DNA of 64,000 nt from Eledone cirrhosa (lineage: Eukaryota). Positions 36,840 through 50,000 of the stretch are shown here, piece after piece (the stretch's first letter is position 1; every line of letters begins with the position of its first letter). A program made the position numbers and the translations under genes. The notes beneath the pieces were generated by a model. It ran no database searches. It saw only the letters and a list, made by a program, of their open reading frames with translations, and was not told the origin of the DNA. Location: positions 23,932,001 through 23,996,000 of the forward strand of contig OZ024758.1 of assembly GCA_964016885.1 (NCBI GenBank), read 5' to 3'.

Positions 36840-37126
36840 AAGTGTCGGGGCCCAACGGTTGAGCTTTTGCCGTTTCGACATATAACAGAGAGATACAAAC
36901 ACACACATATATAGCACTATCGCTCTACAGTATATGTCTGCAGGAATATGATTATGTAAAAACGAAGATGGTGTTTGATGATTAATAGGAAGCGTCCCAT
37001 GGCGTCCCATGGTGTATGTACCTCAGATGGGTGATTGTTAAATGAAAATAAATTTGACATTGTTATTCATCGAGTGAGATTCAATGAAATCCTTAGCTGT
37101 AATAAACCGGAGAATGAAATTGTTTA

Positions 37127-37520
37127 ATAACTGTTCCTACTTTTGGCACAAAGTCAGCTATTACCCAGTGTATTACTGGTACTTTATTTTATCGACTCTG
37201 TAAGGATGAAAGGCAAAGTTAACCTCGACGGGATTTGAACTCAGACCATAAAGGGACGTAACTATGCTGGAAAGCTTGGCGTCCGACCCTCTACCGATAC
37301 TGCCAATCCTCCGCCCTTGAAATAGTTTAATAACTGTTTCTACTTTTGGCACAAGGCCAGCTATTACTCAGTGTATTACTGGTACTTTATTTTATCGACC
37401 CCGTAAAGATGAAAGGCAAAGTTAACCTCGACGGGATTTGAACTCAGACCACAAAGGGACGTAACTATGCTGGAAAGCTTAGCGTCCGACCCTCTACCGA
37501 TACTACCAATCCTCCGCTCT
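37127..37520 (-). mobile_element. Tandem duplicated SINE family 1 pair (period ~201 bp)
   Basis: Two near-identical copies. Confidence 0.85.
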
Positions 37521-37961
37521 TGAAATTGTTTAATAACATAACATCAGGACAATGAAGAAAACAATAACATAAACACGTTATCCTACAGCAATTCGACAAT
37601 ACAATGATGACGGGGACAATAGTAAGTCAATATTCTCATAATAAAGATTTAATAACATGGTAATGATTATTCCAATAAAGAGAATAAAATATCTCATTTG
37701 TGCTTCAATAATAAACACTAATATTAATAATAATCACATCCTATCTTTTTTATGACAAGAAATACAATAAAACAATCGTTCTTTCACAACGAAGACAACA
37801 TCACAATGAAGTTCTGGTCTCATTATAATAAAACCACTGTGAAAACATGGATTTATTCCCAAGGTACAAAGGAGAGGAGTTATAATTTACAGACCTAATT
37901 AATTTGTTAACCCATTCACGTTCATGTAAGTAAATCTATTCCACATGTAACCACCGTAAAT

Positions 37962-38063
37962 GAAACTTAAGGGTGAGTCAGTCTCGTGGTCCAGGGCCGA
38001 CAAATGGAGATGACATTGCTTTAGAGGATGGTGAGGGAGACGTGTTGGAACAGCCACTCTACC
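37962..38063 (-). mobile_element. CRE-like LINE fragment, part 1 (resumes at 53810-53842)
   Basis: Joined across the insertion, the minus strand reads TRKWKPREAEWLFQHVSLTIL*SNV, collinear with 8955-9080. Confidence 0.75.
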
Positions 38064-41000
38064 AAATGCCAGATTTAGGACAAATGAGGCCCTGTGGTAG
38101 TTAAGTTATGAGGCCGTGTGGTAGTTAAGTTATGAGGCCCCGTGGTAGTTAAGTTATGAGGCCGTGTGGTAGTTAAGTTATGAGGCCGTGTGGTAGTTAA
38201 GTTATGAGGTCCTGTGGTAGTTAAGTTATGAGGCCCTGTGGTAGTTAAGTTATGAGGTCCTGTGGTAGTTAAGTTATGAGGCCCTGTGGTAGTTAAGTTA
38301 TGAGGCCCTCTGGTAGTTAAGTTATGAGGCCCTGTGGTAGTTAAGTTATGAGACCCTGTGGTAGTTAAGTTATGAGACCCTGTGGTAGTTAAGTTATGAG
38401 ACCCTGTGGTAGTTAAGTTATGAGACCCTGTGGTAGTTAAGTTATGAGACCCTGTGGTAGTTAAGTTATGAGACCCCTGTGGTAGTTAAGTTATGAGGCC
38501 CTGTGGTAGTTAAGTTATGAGGCCCTCTGGTAGTTAAGTTATGAGACCCTCTGGTAGTTAAGTTATGAGACCCTGTGGTAGTTAAGTTATGAGGCCGTGT
38601 GGTAGTTAAGTTATGAGGCCCTGTGGTAGTTAAGTTATGAGGCCGTGTGGTAGTTAAGTTATGAGGCCCTCTGGTAGTTAAGTTATGAGACCCTGTGGTA
38701 GTTAAGTTATGAGGCCCTGTGGTAGTTAAGTTATGAGGCCCTGTGGTAGTTAAGTTATGAGGCCCTGTGGTAGTTAAGTTATGAGACCCTGTGGTAGTTA
38801 AGTTATGAGGCCCTGTGGTAGTTAAGTTATGAGGCCCTGTGGTAGTTAAGTTATGAGGCCCTGTGGTAGTTAAGTTATGAGGCCCTCTGGTAGTTAAGTT
38901 ATGAGGCCCTGTGGTAGTTAAGTTATGAGGCCTTGTGGTAGTTAAGTTATGAGGCCTTGTGGTAGTTAAGTTATGAGGCCCTGTGATAGTTAAGTTATGA
39001 GACCCTGTGGTAGTTAAGTTATGAGGCCCTGTGGTAGTTAAGTTATGAGGCCTTGTGGTAGTTAAGTTATGAGGTTCTGTGGTAGTTAAGTTATGAGACC
39101 CTGTGGTAGTTAAGTTATGAGGCCTTGTGGTAGTTAAGTTATGAGGTTCTGTGATAGTTAAGTTATGAGACCCTGTGGTAGTTAAGTTATGAGGCCCTGT
39201 GGTAGTTAAGTTATGAGGCCTTGTGGTAGTTAAGTTATGAGACCCTGTGATAGTTAAGTTATGAGACCCCGTGGTAGTTAAGTTATGAGGCCCTGTGGTA
39301 GTTAAGTTATAAGGCCTTGTGGTAGTTAAGTTATGAGGCCTTGTGGTAGTTAAGTTATGAGACCCTGTGGTAGTTAAGTTATGAGGTTCTGTGATAGTTA
39401 AGTTATGAGGCCCTGTGGTAGTTAAGTTATGAGGCCCTGTGGTAGTTAAGTTATGAGGCCTTGTGGTAGTTAAGTTATGAGGCCTTGTGGTAGTTAAGTT
39501 ATGAGGCCCTGTGGTAGTTAAGTTATGAGGTTCTGTGATAGTTAAGTTATGAGACCCTGTGGTAGTTAAGTTATGAGGCCTTGTGGTAGTTAAGTTATGA
39601 GGTTCTGTGGTAGTTAAGTTATGAGGCCTTGTGGTAGTTAAGTTATGAGGTTCTGTGGTAGTTAAGTTATGAGGCCTTGTGGTAGTTAAGTTATGAGGCC
39701 CTGTGGTAGTTAAGTTATGAGACCCTGTGGTAGTTAAGTTATGAGGCCCTGTGGTAGTTAAGTTATGAGGACCTGTGGTAGTTAAGTTATGAGGCCCTGT
39801 GGTAGTTAAGTTATGAGGCCCTGTGGTAGTTAAGTTATGAGGTTCTGTGGTAGTTAAGTTATGAGGCCTTGTGGTAGTTAAGTTATGAGGCCTTGTGGTA
39901 GTTAAGTTATGAGGTTCTGTGGTAGTTAAGTTATGAGGTTCTGTGGTAGTTAAGTTATGAGGTTCTGTGGTAGTTAAGTTATGAGGTTCTGTGGTAGTTA
40001 AGTTATGAGGCCCTGTGGTAGTTAAGTTATGAGGTTCTGTGGTAGTTAAGTTATGAGGCCCTGTGGTAGTTAAGTTATGAGGTTCTGTGGTAGTTAAGTT
40101 ATGAGGTTCTATGGTAGTTAAGTTATGAGGCCCTGTGGTAGTTAAGTTATGAGGCCCTGTGGTAGTTAAGTTATGAGGTTCTGTGGTAGTTAAGTTATGA
40201 GGTTCTGTGGTAGTTAAGTTATGAGGCCCTGTGGTAGTTAAGTTATGAGGTTCTGTGGTAGTTAAGTTATGAGGCCCTGTGGTAGTTAAGTTATGAGGCC
40301 CTGTGGTAGTTAAGTTATGAGGTTCTGTGGTAGTTAAGTTATGAGGCCCTGTGGTAGTTAAGTTACGAGGCCCTGTGGTAGTTAAGTTATGAGGTTCTGT
40401 GGTAGTTAAGTTATGAGGTTCTGTGGTAGTTAAGTTATGAGGCCCTGTGGTAGTTAAGTTATGAGGCCCTGTGGTAGTTAAGTTATGAGGTCCTGTGGTA
40501 GTTAAGTTATGAGGTCCTGTGGTAGTTAAGTTATGAGGCCCTGTGGTAGTTAAGTTATGAGGTTCTGTGGTAGTTAAGTTATGAGGCCTTGTGGTAGTTA
40601 AGTTATGAGGTTCTGTGGTAGTTAAGTTATGAGGCCTTGTGGTAGTTAAGTTATGAGGCCGTGTGGTAGTTAAGATATGAGGTTCTGTGGTAGTTAAGTT
40701 ATGAGACCCTGTGGTAGTTAAGTTATGAGGCCCTGTGGTAGTTAAGTTATGAGGCCCTGTGGTAGTTAAGTTATGAGGCCCTGTGGTAGTTAAGTTATGA
40801 GGTTCTGTGGTAGTTAAGTTATGAGGCCTTGTGGTAGTTAAGTTATGAGGCCTTGTGGTAGTTAAGTTATGAGGTTCTGTGGTAGTTAAGTTATGAGGTT
40901 CTGTGGTAGTTAAGTTATGAGGTTCTGTGGTAGTTAAGTTATGAGGTTCTGTGGTAGTTAAGTTATGAGGTTCTGTGGTAGTTAAGTTATGAGGCCCTGT

Positions 41001-44000
41001 GGTAGTTAAGTTATGAGGTTCTGTGATAGTTAAGTTATGAGACCCTGTGGTAGTTAAGTTATGAGGCCTTGTGGTAGTTAAGTTATGAGGTTCTGTGGTA
41101 GTTAAGTTATGAGGCCTTGTGGTAGTTAAGTTATGAGGTTCTGTGGTAGTTAAGTTATGAGGCCTTGTGGTAGTTAAGTTATGAGGCCCTGTGGTAGTTA
41201 AGTTATGAGACCCTGTGGTAGTTAAGTTATGAGGCCCTGTGGTAGTTAAGTTATGAGGCCCTGTGGTAGTTAAGTTATGAGGCCCTGTGGTAGTTAAGTT
41301 ATGAGGCCCTGTGGTAGTTAAGTTATGAGGTCCTGTGGTAGTTAAGTTATGAGGCCTTGTGGTAGTTAAGTTATGAGGCCTTGTGGTAGTTAAGTTATGA
41401 GGTTCTGTGGTAGTAAAGTTATGAGGTTCTGTGGTAGTTAAGTTATGAGGTTCTGTGGTAGTTAAGTTATGAGGTTCTGTGGTAGTTAAGTTATGAGGCC
41501 CTGTGGTAGTTAAGTTATGAGGTTCTGTGGTAGTTAAGTTATGAGGCCCTGTGGTAGTTAAGTTATGAGGTTCTGTGGTAGTTAAGTTATGAGGTTCTGT
41601 GGTAGTTAAGTTATGAGGCCCTGTGGTAGTTAAGTTATGAGGCCCTGTGGTAGTTAAGTTATGAGGTCCTGTGGTAGTTAAGTTATGAGGTCCTGTGGTA
41701 GTTAAGTTATGAGGTTCTGTGGTAGTTAAGTTATGAGGCCTTGTGGTAGTTAAGTTATGAGGTTCTGTGGTAGTTAAGTTATGAGGCCTTGTGGTAGTTA
41801 AGTTATGAGGCCGTGTGGTAGTTAAGTTATGAGGTTCTGTGGTAGTTAAGTTATGAGGTCCTGTGGTAGTTAAGTTATGAGGTTCTGTGGTAGTTAAGTT
41901 ATGAGGCCTTGTGGTAGTTAAGTTATGAGGTTCTGTGGTAGTTAAGTTATGAGGCCTTGTGGTAGTTAAGTTATGAGGCCGTGTGGTAGTTAAGTTATGA
42001 GGTTCTGTGGTAGTTAAGTTATGAGGTTCTGTGGTAGTTAAGTTATGAGGTTCTGTGGTAGTTAAGTTATGAGGCCCTGTGGTAGTTAAGTTATGAGGCC
42101 CTGTGGTAGTTAAGTTATGAGGTCCTGTGGTAGTTAAGTTATGAGGCCTTGTGGTAGTTAAGTTATGAGGCCCTGTGGTAGTTAAGTTATGAGGTCCTGT
42201 GGTAGTTAAGTTATGAGGCCTTGTGGTAGTTAAGTTATGAGGCCGTGTGGTAGTTAAGTTATGAGGTTCTGTGGTAGTTAAGTTATGAGGTTCTGTGGTA
42301 GTTAAGTTATGAGGTTCTGTGGTAGTTAAGTTATGAGGCCCTGTGGTAGTTAAGTTATGAGGCCCTGTGGTAGTTAAGTTATGAGGTCCTGTGGTAGTTA
42401 AGTTATGAGGTCCTGTGGTAGTTAAGTTATGAGGTTCTGTGGTAGTTAAGTTATGAGGCCTTGTGGTAGTTAAGTTATGAGGTTCTGTGGTAGTTAAGTT
42501 ATGAGGCCTTGTGGTAGTTAAGTTATGAGGCCGTGTGGTAGTTAAGTTATGAGGTTCTGTGGTAGTTAAGTTATGAGGTCCTGTGGTAGTTAAGTTATGA
42601 GGTTCTGTGGTAGTTAAGTTATGAGGCCTTGTGGTAGTTAAGTTATGAGGTTCTGTGGTAGTTAAGTTATGAGGCCTTGTGGTAGTTAAGTTATGAGGTT
42701 CTGTGGTAGTTAAGTTATGAGGCCTTGTGGTAGTTAAGTTATGAGGTTCTGTGGTAGTTAAGTTATGAGGCCGTGTGGTAGTTAAGTTATGAGGTCCTGT
42801 GGTAGTTAAGTTATGAGGTTCTGTGGTAGTTAAGTTATGAGGTTCTGTGGTAGTTAAGTTATGAGGTTCTGTGGTAGTTAAGTTATGAGGCCTTGTGGTA
42901 GTTAAGTTATGAGGTTCTGTGGTAGTTAAGTTATGAGGTTCTGTGGTAGTTAAGTTATGAGGCCCTGTGGTAGTTAAGTTATGAGGCCCTGTGCTAGTTA
43001 AGTTATGAGGTTCTGTGGTAGTTAAGTTATGAGGTTCTGTGGTAGTTAAGTTATGAGGCCCTGTGGTAGTTAAGTTATGAGGCCCTGTGGTAGTTAAGTT
43101 ATGAGGTTCTGTGGTAGTTAAGTTATGAGGCCCTGTGGTAGTTAAGTTATGAGGCCGTGTGGTAGTTAAGTTATGAGACCCTGTTCTAGTTAAGTTATGA
43201 GGTTCTGTGGTAGTTAAGTTATGAGGCCTTGTGGTAGTTAAGTTATGAGGTCCTGTGGTAGTTAAGTTATGAGGCCCTGTGGTAGTTAAGTTATGAGGCC
43301 CTGTGGTAGTTAAGTTATGAGGTCCTGTGGTAGTTAAGTTATGAGGCCGTGTGGTAGTTAAGTTATGAGGTTCTGTGGTAGTTAAGTTATGAGGCCCTGT
43401 GGTAGTTAAGTTATGAGGCCGTGTGGTAGTTAAGTTATGAGGTCCTGTGGTAGTTAAGTTATGAGGCCCTGTGGTAGTTAAGTTATGAGGCCCTGTGGTA
43501 GTTAAGTTATGAGGTTCTGTGGTAGTTAAGTTATGAGGCCCTGTGGTAGTTAAGTTATGAGGCCCTGTGGTAGTTAAGTTATGAGGCCCTGTGGTAGTCA
43601 AGTTATGAGGCCTTGTGGTAGTTAAGTTATGAGGCCTTGTGGTAGTTAAGTTATGAGGCCCTGTGGTAGTTAAGTTATGAGGTTCTGTGGTAGTTAAGTT
43701 ATGAGGCCCTGTGGTAGTTAAGTTATGAGGTTCTGTGGTAGTTAAGTTATGAGGTTCTGTGGTAGTTAAGTTATGAGGCCCTGTGGTAGTTAAGTTATGA
43801 GACCCTGTGGTAGTTAAGTTATGAGGCCCTGTGGTAGTTAAGTTATGAGGTCCTGTGGTAGTTAAGTTATGAGGCCCTGTGGTAGTTAAGTTATGAGGTT
43901 CTGTGGTAGTTAAGTTATGAGGCCCTGTGGTAGTTAAGTTATGAGGCCGTGTGGTAGTTAAGTTATGAGGTCCTGTGGTAGTTAAGTTATGAGGCCTTGT

Positions 44001-47000
44001 GGTAGTTAAGTTATGAGGTTCTGTGGTAGTTAAGTTTTGAGGCCCTGTGGTAGTTAAGTTATGAGGCCCTGTGGTAGTTAAGTTATGAGGCCCTGTGATA
44101 GTTAAGTTATGAGGTTCTGTGGTAGTTAAGTTATGAGGCCCTGTGATAGTTAAGTTATGAGACCCTGTGGTAGTTAAATTATGAGGCCCTGTGGTAGTTA
44201 AGTTATGAGGCCTTGTGGTAGTTAAGTTATGAGGTTCTGTGGTAGTTAAGTTATGAGGCCCTCTGGTAGTTAAGTTATGAGGCCCTGTGGTAGTTAAGTT
44301 ATGAGGCCTTGTGGTAGTTAAGTTATGAGGTTCTGTGGTAGTTAAGTTATGAGGCCCTGTGATAGTTAAGTTATGAGACCCTGTGGTAGTTAAGTTATGA
44401 GGCCCTGTGGTAGTTAAGTTATGAGGCCTTGTGGTAGTTAAGTTATGAGGTTCTGTGGTAGTTAAGTTATGAGGCCCTGTGATAGTTAAGTTATGAGACC
44501 CTGTGGTAGTTAAGTTATGAGGCCCTGTGGTAGTTAAGTTATGAGGCCCTGTGGTAGTTAAGTTATGAGGTTCTGTGGTAGTTAAGTTATGAGGTTCTGT
44601 GGTAGTTAAGTTATGAGGCCCTGTGGTAGTTAAGTTATGAGGTTCTGTGGTAGTTAAGTTATGAGGCCCTGTGGTAGTTAAGTTATGAGGCCCTGTGGTA
44701 GTTAAGTTATGAGGTTCTGTGGTAGTTAAGTTATGAGGCCCTGTGGTAGTTAAGTTATGAGGCCCTGTGGTAGTTAAGTTATGAGGTCCTGTGGTAGTTA
44801 AGTTATGAGGCCCTGTGGTAGTTAAGTTATGAGGTTCTGTGGTAGTTAAGTTATGAGGCCTTGTGGTAGTTAAGTTATGAGGTTCTGTGGTAGTTAAGTT
44901 ATGAGGCCTTGTGGTAGTTAAGTTATGAGGCCGTGTGGTAGTTAAGATATGAGGTTCTGTGGTAGTTAAGTTATGAGACCCTGTGGTAGTTAAGTTATGA
45001 GGCCCTGTGGTAGTTAAGTTATGAGGCCCTGTGGTAGTTAAGTTATGAGGCCCTGTGGTAGTTAAGTTATGAGGTTCTGTGGTAGTTAAGTTATGAGGCC
45101 TTGTGGTAGTTAAGTTATGAGGCCTTGTGGTAGTTAAGTTATGAGGTTCTGTGGTAGTTAAGTTATGAGGTTCTGTGGTAGTTAAGTTATGAGGTTCTGT
45201 GGTAGTTAAGTTATGAGGTTCTGTGGTAGTTAAGTTATGAGGTTCTGTGGTAGTTAAGTTATGAGGCCCTGTGGTAGTTAAGTTATGAGGCCCTGTGGTA
45301 GTTAAGTTATGAGGTTCTGTGATAGTTAAGTTATGAGACCCTGTGGTAGTTAAGTTATGAGGCCTTGTGGTAGTTAAGTTATGAGGTTCTGTGGTAGTTA
45401 AGTTATGAGGCCTTGTGGTAGTTAAGTTATGAGGTTCTGTGGTAGTTAAGTTATGAGGCCTTGTGGTAGTTAAGTTATGAGGCCCTGTGGTAGTTAAGTT
45501 ATGAGACCCTGTGGTAGTTAAGTTATGAGGCCCTGTGGTAGTTAAGTTATGAGGCCCTGTGGTAGTTAAGTTATGAGGCCCTGTGGTAGTTAAGTTATGA
45601 GGTCCTGTGGTAGTTAAGTTATGAGGCCTTGTGGTAGTTAAGTTATGAGGCCTTGTGGTAGTTAAGTTATGAGGTTCTGTGGTAGTTAAGTTATGAGGTT
45701 CTGTGGTAGTTAAGTTATGAGGTTCTGTGGTAGTTAAGTTATGAGTTTCTGTGGTAGTTAAGTTATGAGGCCCTGTGGTAGTTAAGTTATGAGGTTCTGT
45801 GGTAGTTAAGTTATGAGGCCCTGTGGTAGTTAACTTATGAGGTTCTGTGGTAGTTAAGTTATGAGGTTCTGTGGTAGTTAAGTTATGAGGCCCTGTGGTA
45901 GTTAAGTTATGAGGCCCTGTGGTAGTTAAGTTATGAGGTCCTGTGGTAGTTAAGTTATGAGGTCCTGTGGTAGTTAAGTTATGAGGTTCTGTGGTAGTTA
46001 AGTTATGAGGCCTTGTGGTAGTTAAGTTATGAGGTTCTGTGGTAGTTAAGTTATGAGGCCTTGTGGTAGTTAAGTTATGAGGCCGTGTGGTAGTTAAGTT
46101 ATGAGGTTCTGTGGTAGTTAAGTTATGAGGTCCTGTGGTAGTTAAGTTATGAGGTTCTGTGGTAGTTAAGTTATGAGGCCTTGTGGTAGTTAAGTTATGA
46201 GGTTCTGTGGTAGTTAAGTTATGAGGCCTTGTGGTAGTTAAGTTATGAGGCCGTGTGGTAGTTAAGTTATGAGGTTCTGTGGTAGTTAAGTTATGAGGTT
46301 CTGTGGTAGTTAAGTTATGAGGTTCTGTGGTAGTTAAGTTATGAGGCCCTGTGGTAGTTAAGTTATGAGGCCCTGTGGTAGTTAAGTTATGAGGTCCTGT
46401 GGTAGTTAAGTTATGAGGCCTTGTGGTAGTTAAGTTATGAGGCCGTGTGGTAGTTAAGTTATGAGGTTCTGTGGTAGTTAAGTTATGAGGTTCTGTGGTA
46501 GTTAAGTTATGAGGTTCTGTGGTAGTTAAGTTATGAGGCCCTGTGGTAGTTAAGTTATGAGGCCCTGTGGTAGTTAAGTTATGAGGTCCTGTGGTAGTTA
46601 AGTTATGAGGTCCTGTGGTAGTTAAGTTATGAGGTTCTGTGGTAGTTAAGTTATGAGGCCTTGTGGTAGTTAAGTTATGAGGTTCTGTGGTAGTTAAGTT
46701 ATGAGGCCTTGTGGTAGTTAAGTTATGAGGCCGTGTGGTAGTTAAGTTATGAGGTTCTGTGGTAGTTAAGTTATGAGGTCCTGTGGTAGTTAAGTTATGA
46801 GGTTCTGTGGTAGTTAAGTTATGAGGCCTTGTGGTAGTTAAGTTATGAGGTTCTGTGGTAGTTAAGTTATGAGGCCTTGTGGTAGTTAAGTTATGAGGTT
46901 CTGTGGTAGTTAAGTTATGAGGCCTTGTGGTAGTTAAGTTATGAGGTTCTGTGGTAGTTAAGTTATGAGGCCGTGTGGTAGTTAAGTTATGAGGTCCTGT

Positions 47001-50000
47001 GGTAGTTAAGTTATGAGGTTCTGTGGTAGTTAAGTTATGAGGTTCTGTGGTAGTTAAGTTATGAGGTTCTGTGGTAGTTAAGTTATGAGGCCTTGTGGTA
47101 GTTAAGTTATGAGGTTCTGTGGTAGTTAAGTTATGAGGTTCTGTGGTAGTTAAGTTATGAGGCCCTGTGGTAGTTAAGTTATGAGGCCCTGTGGTAGTTA
47201 AGTTATGAGGTTCTGTGGTAGTTAAGTTATGAGGTTCTGTGGTAGTTAAGTTATGAGGCCCTGTGGTAGTTAAGTTATGAGGCCCTGTGGTAGTTAAGTT
47301 ATGAGGTTCTGTGGTAGTTAAGTTATGAGGCCCTGTGGTAGTTAAGTTATGAGGCCGTGTGGTAGTTAAGTTATGAGACCCTGTTCTAGTTAAGTTATGA
47401 GGTTCTGTGGTAGTTAAGTTATGAGGCCTTGTGGTAGTTAAGTTATGAGGTCCTGTGGTAGTTAAGTTATGAGGCCCTGTGGTAGTTAAGTTATGAGGCC
47501 CTGTGGTAGTTAAGTTATGAGGTCCTGTGGTAGTTAAGTTATGAGGCCGTGTGGTAGTTAAGTTATGAGGTTCTGTGGTAGTTAAGTTATGAGGCCCTGT
47601 GGTAGTTAAGTTATGAGGCCGTGTGGTAGTTAAGTTATGAGGTCCTGTGGTAGTTAAGTTATGAGGCCCTGTGGTAGTTAAGTTATGAGGCCCTGTGGTA
47701 GTTAAGTTATGAGGTTCTGTGGTAGTTAAGTTATGAGGCCCTGTGGTAGTTAAGTTATGAGGCCCTGTGGTAGTTAAGTTATGAGGCCCTGTGGTAGTCA
47801 AGTTATGAGGCCTTGTGGTAGTTAAGTTATGAGGCCTTGTGGTAGTTAAGTTATGAGGCCCTGTGGTAGTTAAGTTATGAGGTTCTGTGGTAGTTAAGTT
47901 ATGAGGCCCTGTGGTAGTTAAGTTATGAGGTTCTGTGGTAGTTAAGTTATGAGGTTCTGTGGTAGTTAAGTTATGAGGCCCTGTGGTAGTTAAGTTATGA
48001 GACCCTGTGGTAGTTAAGTTATGAGGCCCTGTGGTAGTTAAGTTATGAGGTCCTGTGGTAGTTAAGTTATGAGGCCCTGTGGTAGTTAAGTTATGAGGTT
48101 CTGTGGTAGTTAAGTTATGAGGCCCTGTGGTAGTTAAGTTATGAGGCCGTGTGGTAGTTAAGTTATGAGGTCCTGTGGTAGTTAAGTTATGAGGCCTTGT
48201 GGTAGTTAAGTTATGAGGTTCTGTGGTAGTTAAGTTTTGAGGCCCTGTGGTAGTTAAGTTATGAGGCCCTGTGGTAGTTAAGTTATGAGGCCCTGTGATA
48301 GTTAAGTTATGAGGTTCTGTGGTAGTTAAGTTATGAGGCCCTGTGATAGTTAAGTTATGAGACCCTGTGGTAGTTAAATTATGAGGCCCTGTGGTAGTTA
48401 AGTTATGAGGCCTTGTGGTAGTTAAGTTATGAGGTTCTGTGGTAGTTAAGTTATGAGGCCCTCTGGTAGTTAAGTTATGAGGCCCTGTGGTAGTTAAGTT
48501 ATGAGGCCTTGTGGTAGTTAAGTTATGAGGTTCTGTGGTAGTTAAGTTATGAGGCCCTGTGATAGTTAAGTTATGAGACCCTGTGGTAGTTAAGTTATGA
48601 GGCCCTGTGGTAGTTAAGTTATGAGGCCTTGTGGTAGTTAAGTTATGAGGTTCTGTGGTAGTTAAGTTATGAGGCCCTGTGATAGTTAAGTTATGAGACC
48701 CTGTGGTAGTTAAGTTATGAGGCCCTGTGGTAGTTAAGTTATGAGGCCTTGTGGTAGTTAAGTTATGAGGCCCTGTGATAGTTAAGTTATGAGACCCTGT
48801 GGTAGTTAAGTTATGAGACCCTGTGGTAGTTAAGTTATGAGGCCCTGTGGTAGTTAAGTTATGAGGTTCTGTGGTAGTTAAGTTATGAGGCCCTGTGGTA
48901 GTTAAGTTATGAGGCCCTGTGGTAGTTAAGTTATGAGGTTCTGTGGTAGTTAAGTTATGAGGTTCTGTGGTAGTTAAGTTATGAGGCCCTGTGGTAGTTA
49001 AGTTATGAGGTTCTGTGGTAGTTAAGTTATGAGGCCTTGTGGTAGTTAAGTTATGAGGTTCTGTGGTAGTTAAGTTATGAGGCCTTGTGGTAGTTAAGTT
49101 ATGAGGCCGTGTGGTAGTTAAGATATGAGGTTCTGTGGTAGTTAAGTTATGAGACCCTGTGGTAGTTAAGTTATGAGGCCCTGTGGTAGTTAAGTTATGA
49201 GGCCCTGTGGTAGTTAAGTTATGAGGCCCTGTGGTAGTTAAGTTATGAGGCCCTGTGGTAGTTAAGTTATGAGGTTCTGTGGTAGTTAAGTTATGAGGCC
49301 TTGTGGTAGTTAAGTTATGAGGCCTTGTGGTAGTTAAGTTATGAGGTTCTGTGGTAGTTAAGTTATGAGGTTCTGTGGTAGTTAAGTTATGAGGTTCTGT
49401 GGTAGTTAAGTTATGAGGTTCTGTGGTAGTTAAGTTATGAGGTTCTGTGGTAGTTAAGTTATGAGGCCCTGTGGTAGTTAAGTTATGAGGTTCTGTGATA
49501 GTTAAGTTATGAGACCCTGTGGTAGTTAAGTTATGAGGCCTTGTGGTAGTTAAGTTATGAGGTTCTGTGGTAGTTAAGTTATGAGGCCTTGTGGTAGTTA
49601 AGTTATGAGGTTCTGTGGTAGTTAAGTTATGAGGCCTTGTGGTAGTTAAGTTATGAGGCCCTGTGGTAGTTAAGTTATGAGACCCTGTGGTAGTTAAGTT
49701 ATGAGGCCCTGTGGTAGTTAAGTTATGAGGCCCTGTGGTAGTTAAGTTATGAGGCCCTGTGGTAGTTAAGTTATGAGGCCCTGTGGTAGTTAAGTTATGA
49801 GGTCCTGTGGTAGTTAAGTTATGAGGCCTTGTGGTAGTTAAGTTATGAGGCCTTGTGGTAGTTAAGTTATGAGGTTCTGTGGTAGTTAAGTTATGAGGTT
49901 CTGTGGTAGTTAAGTTATGAGGTTCTGTGGTAGTTAAGTTATGAGGTTCTGTGGTAGTTAAGTTATGAGGCCCTGTGGTAGTTAAGTTATGAGGTTCTGT

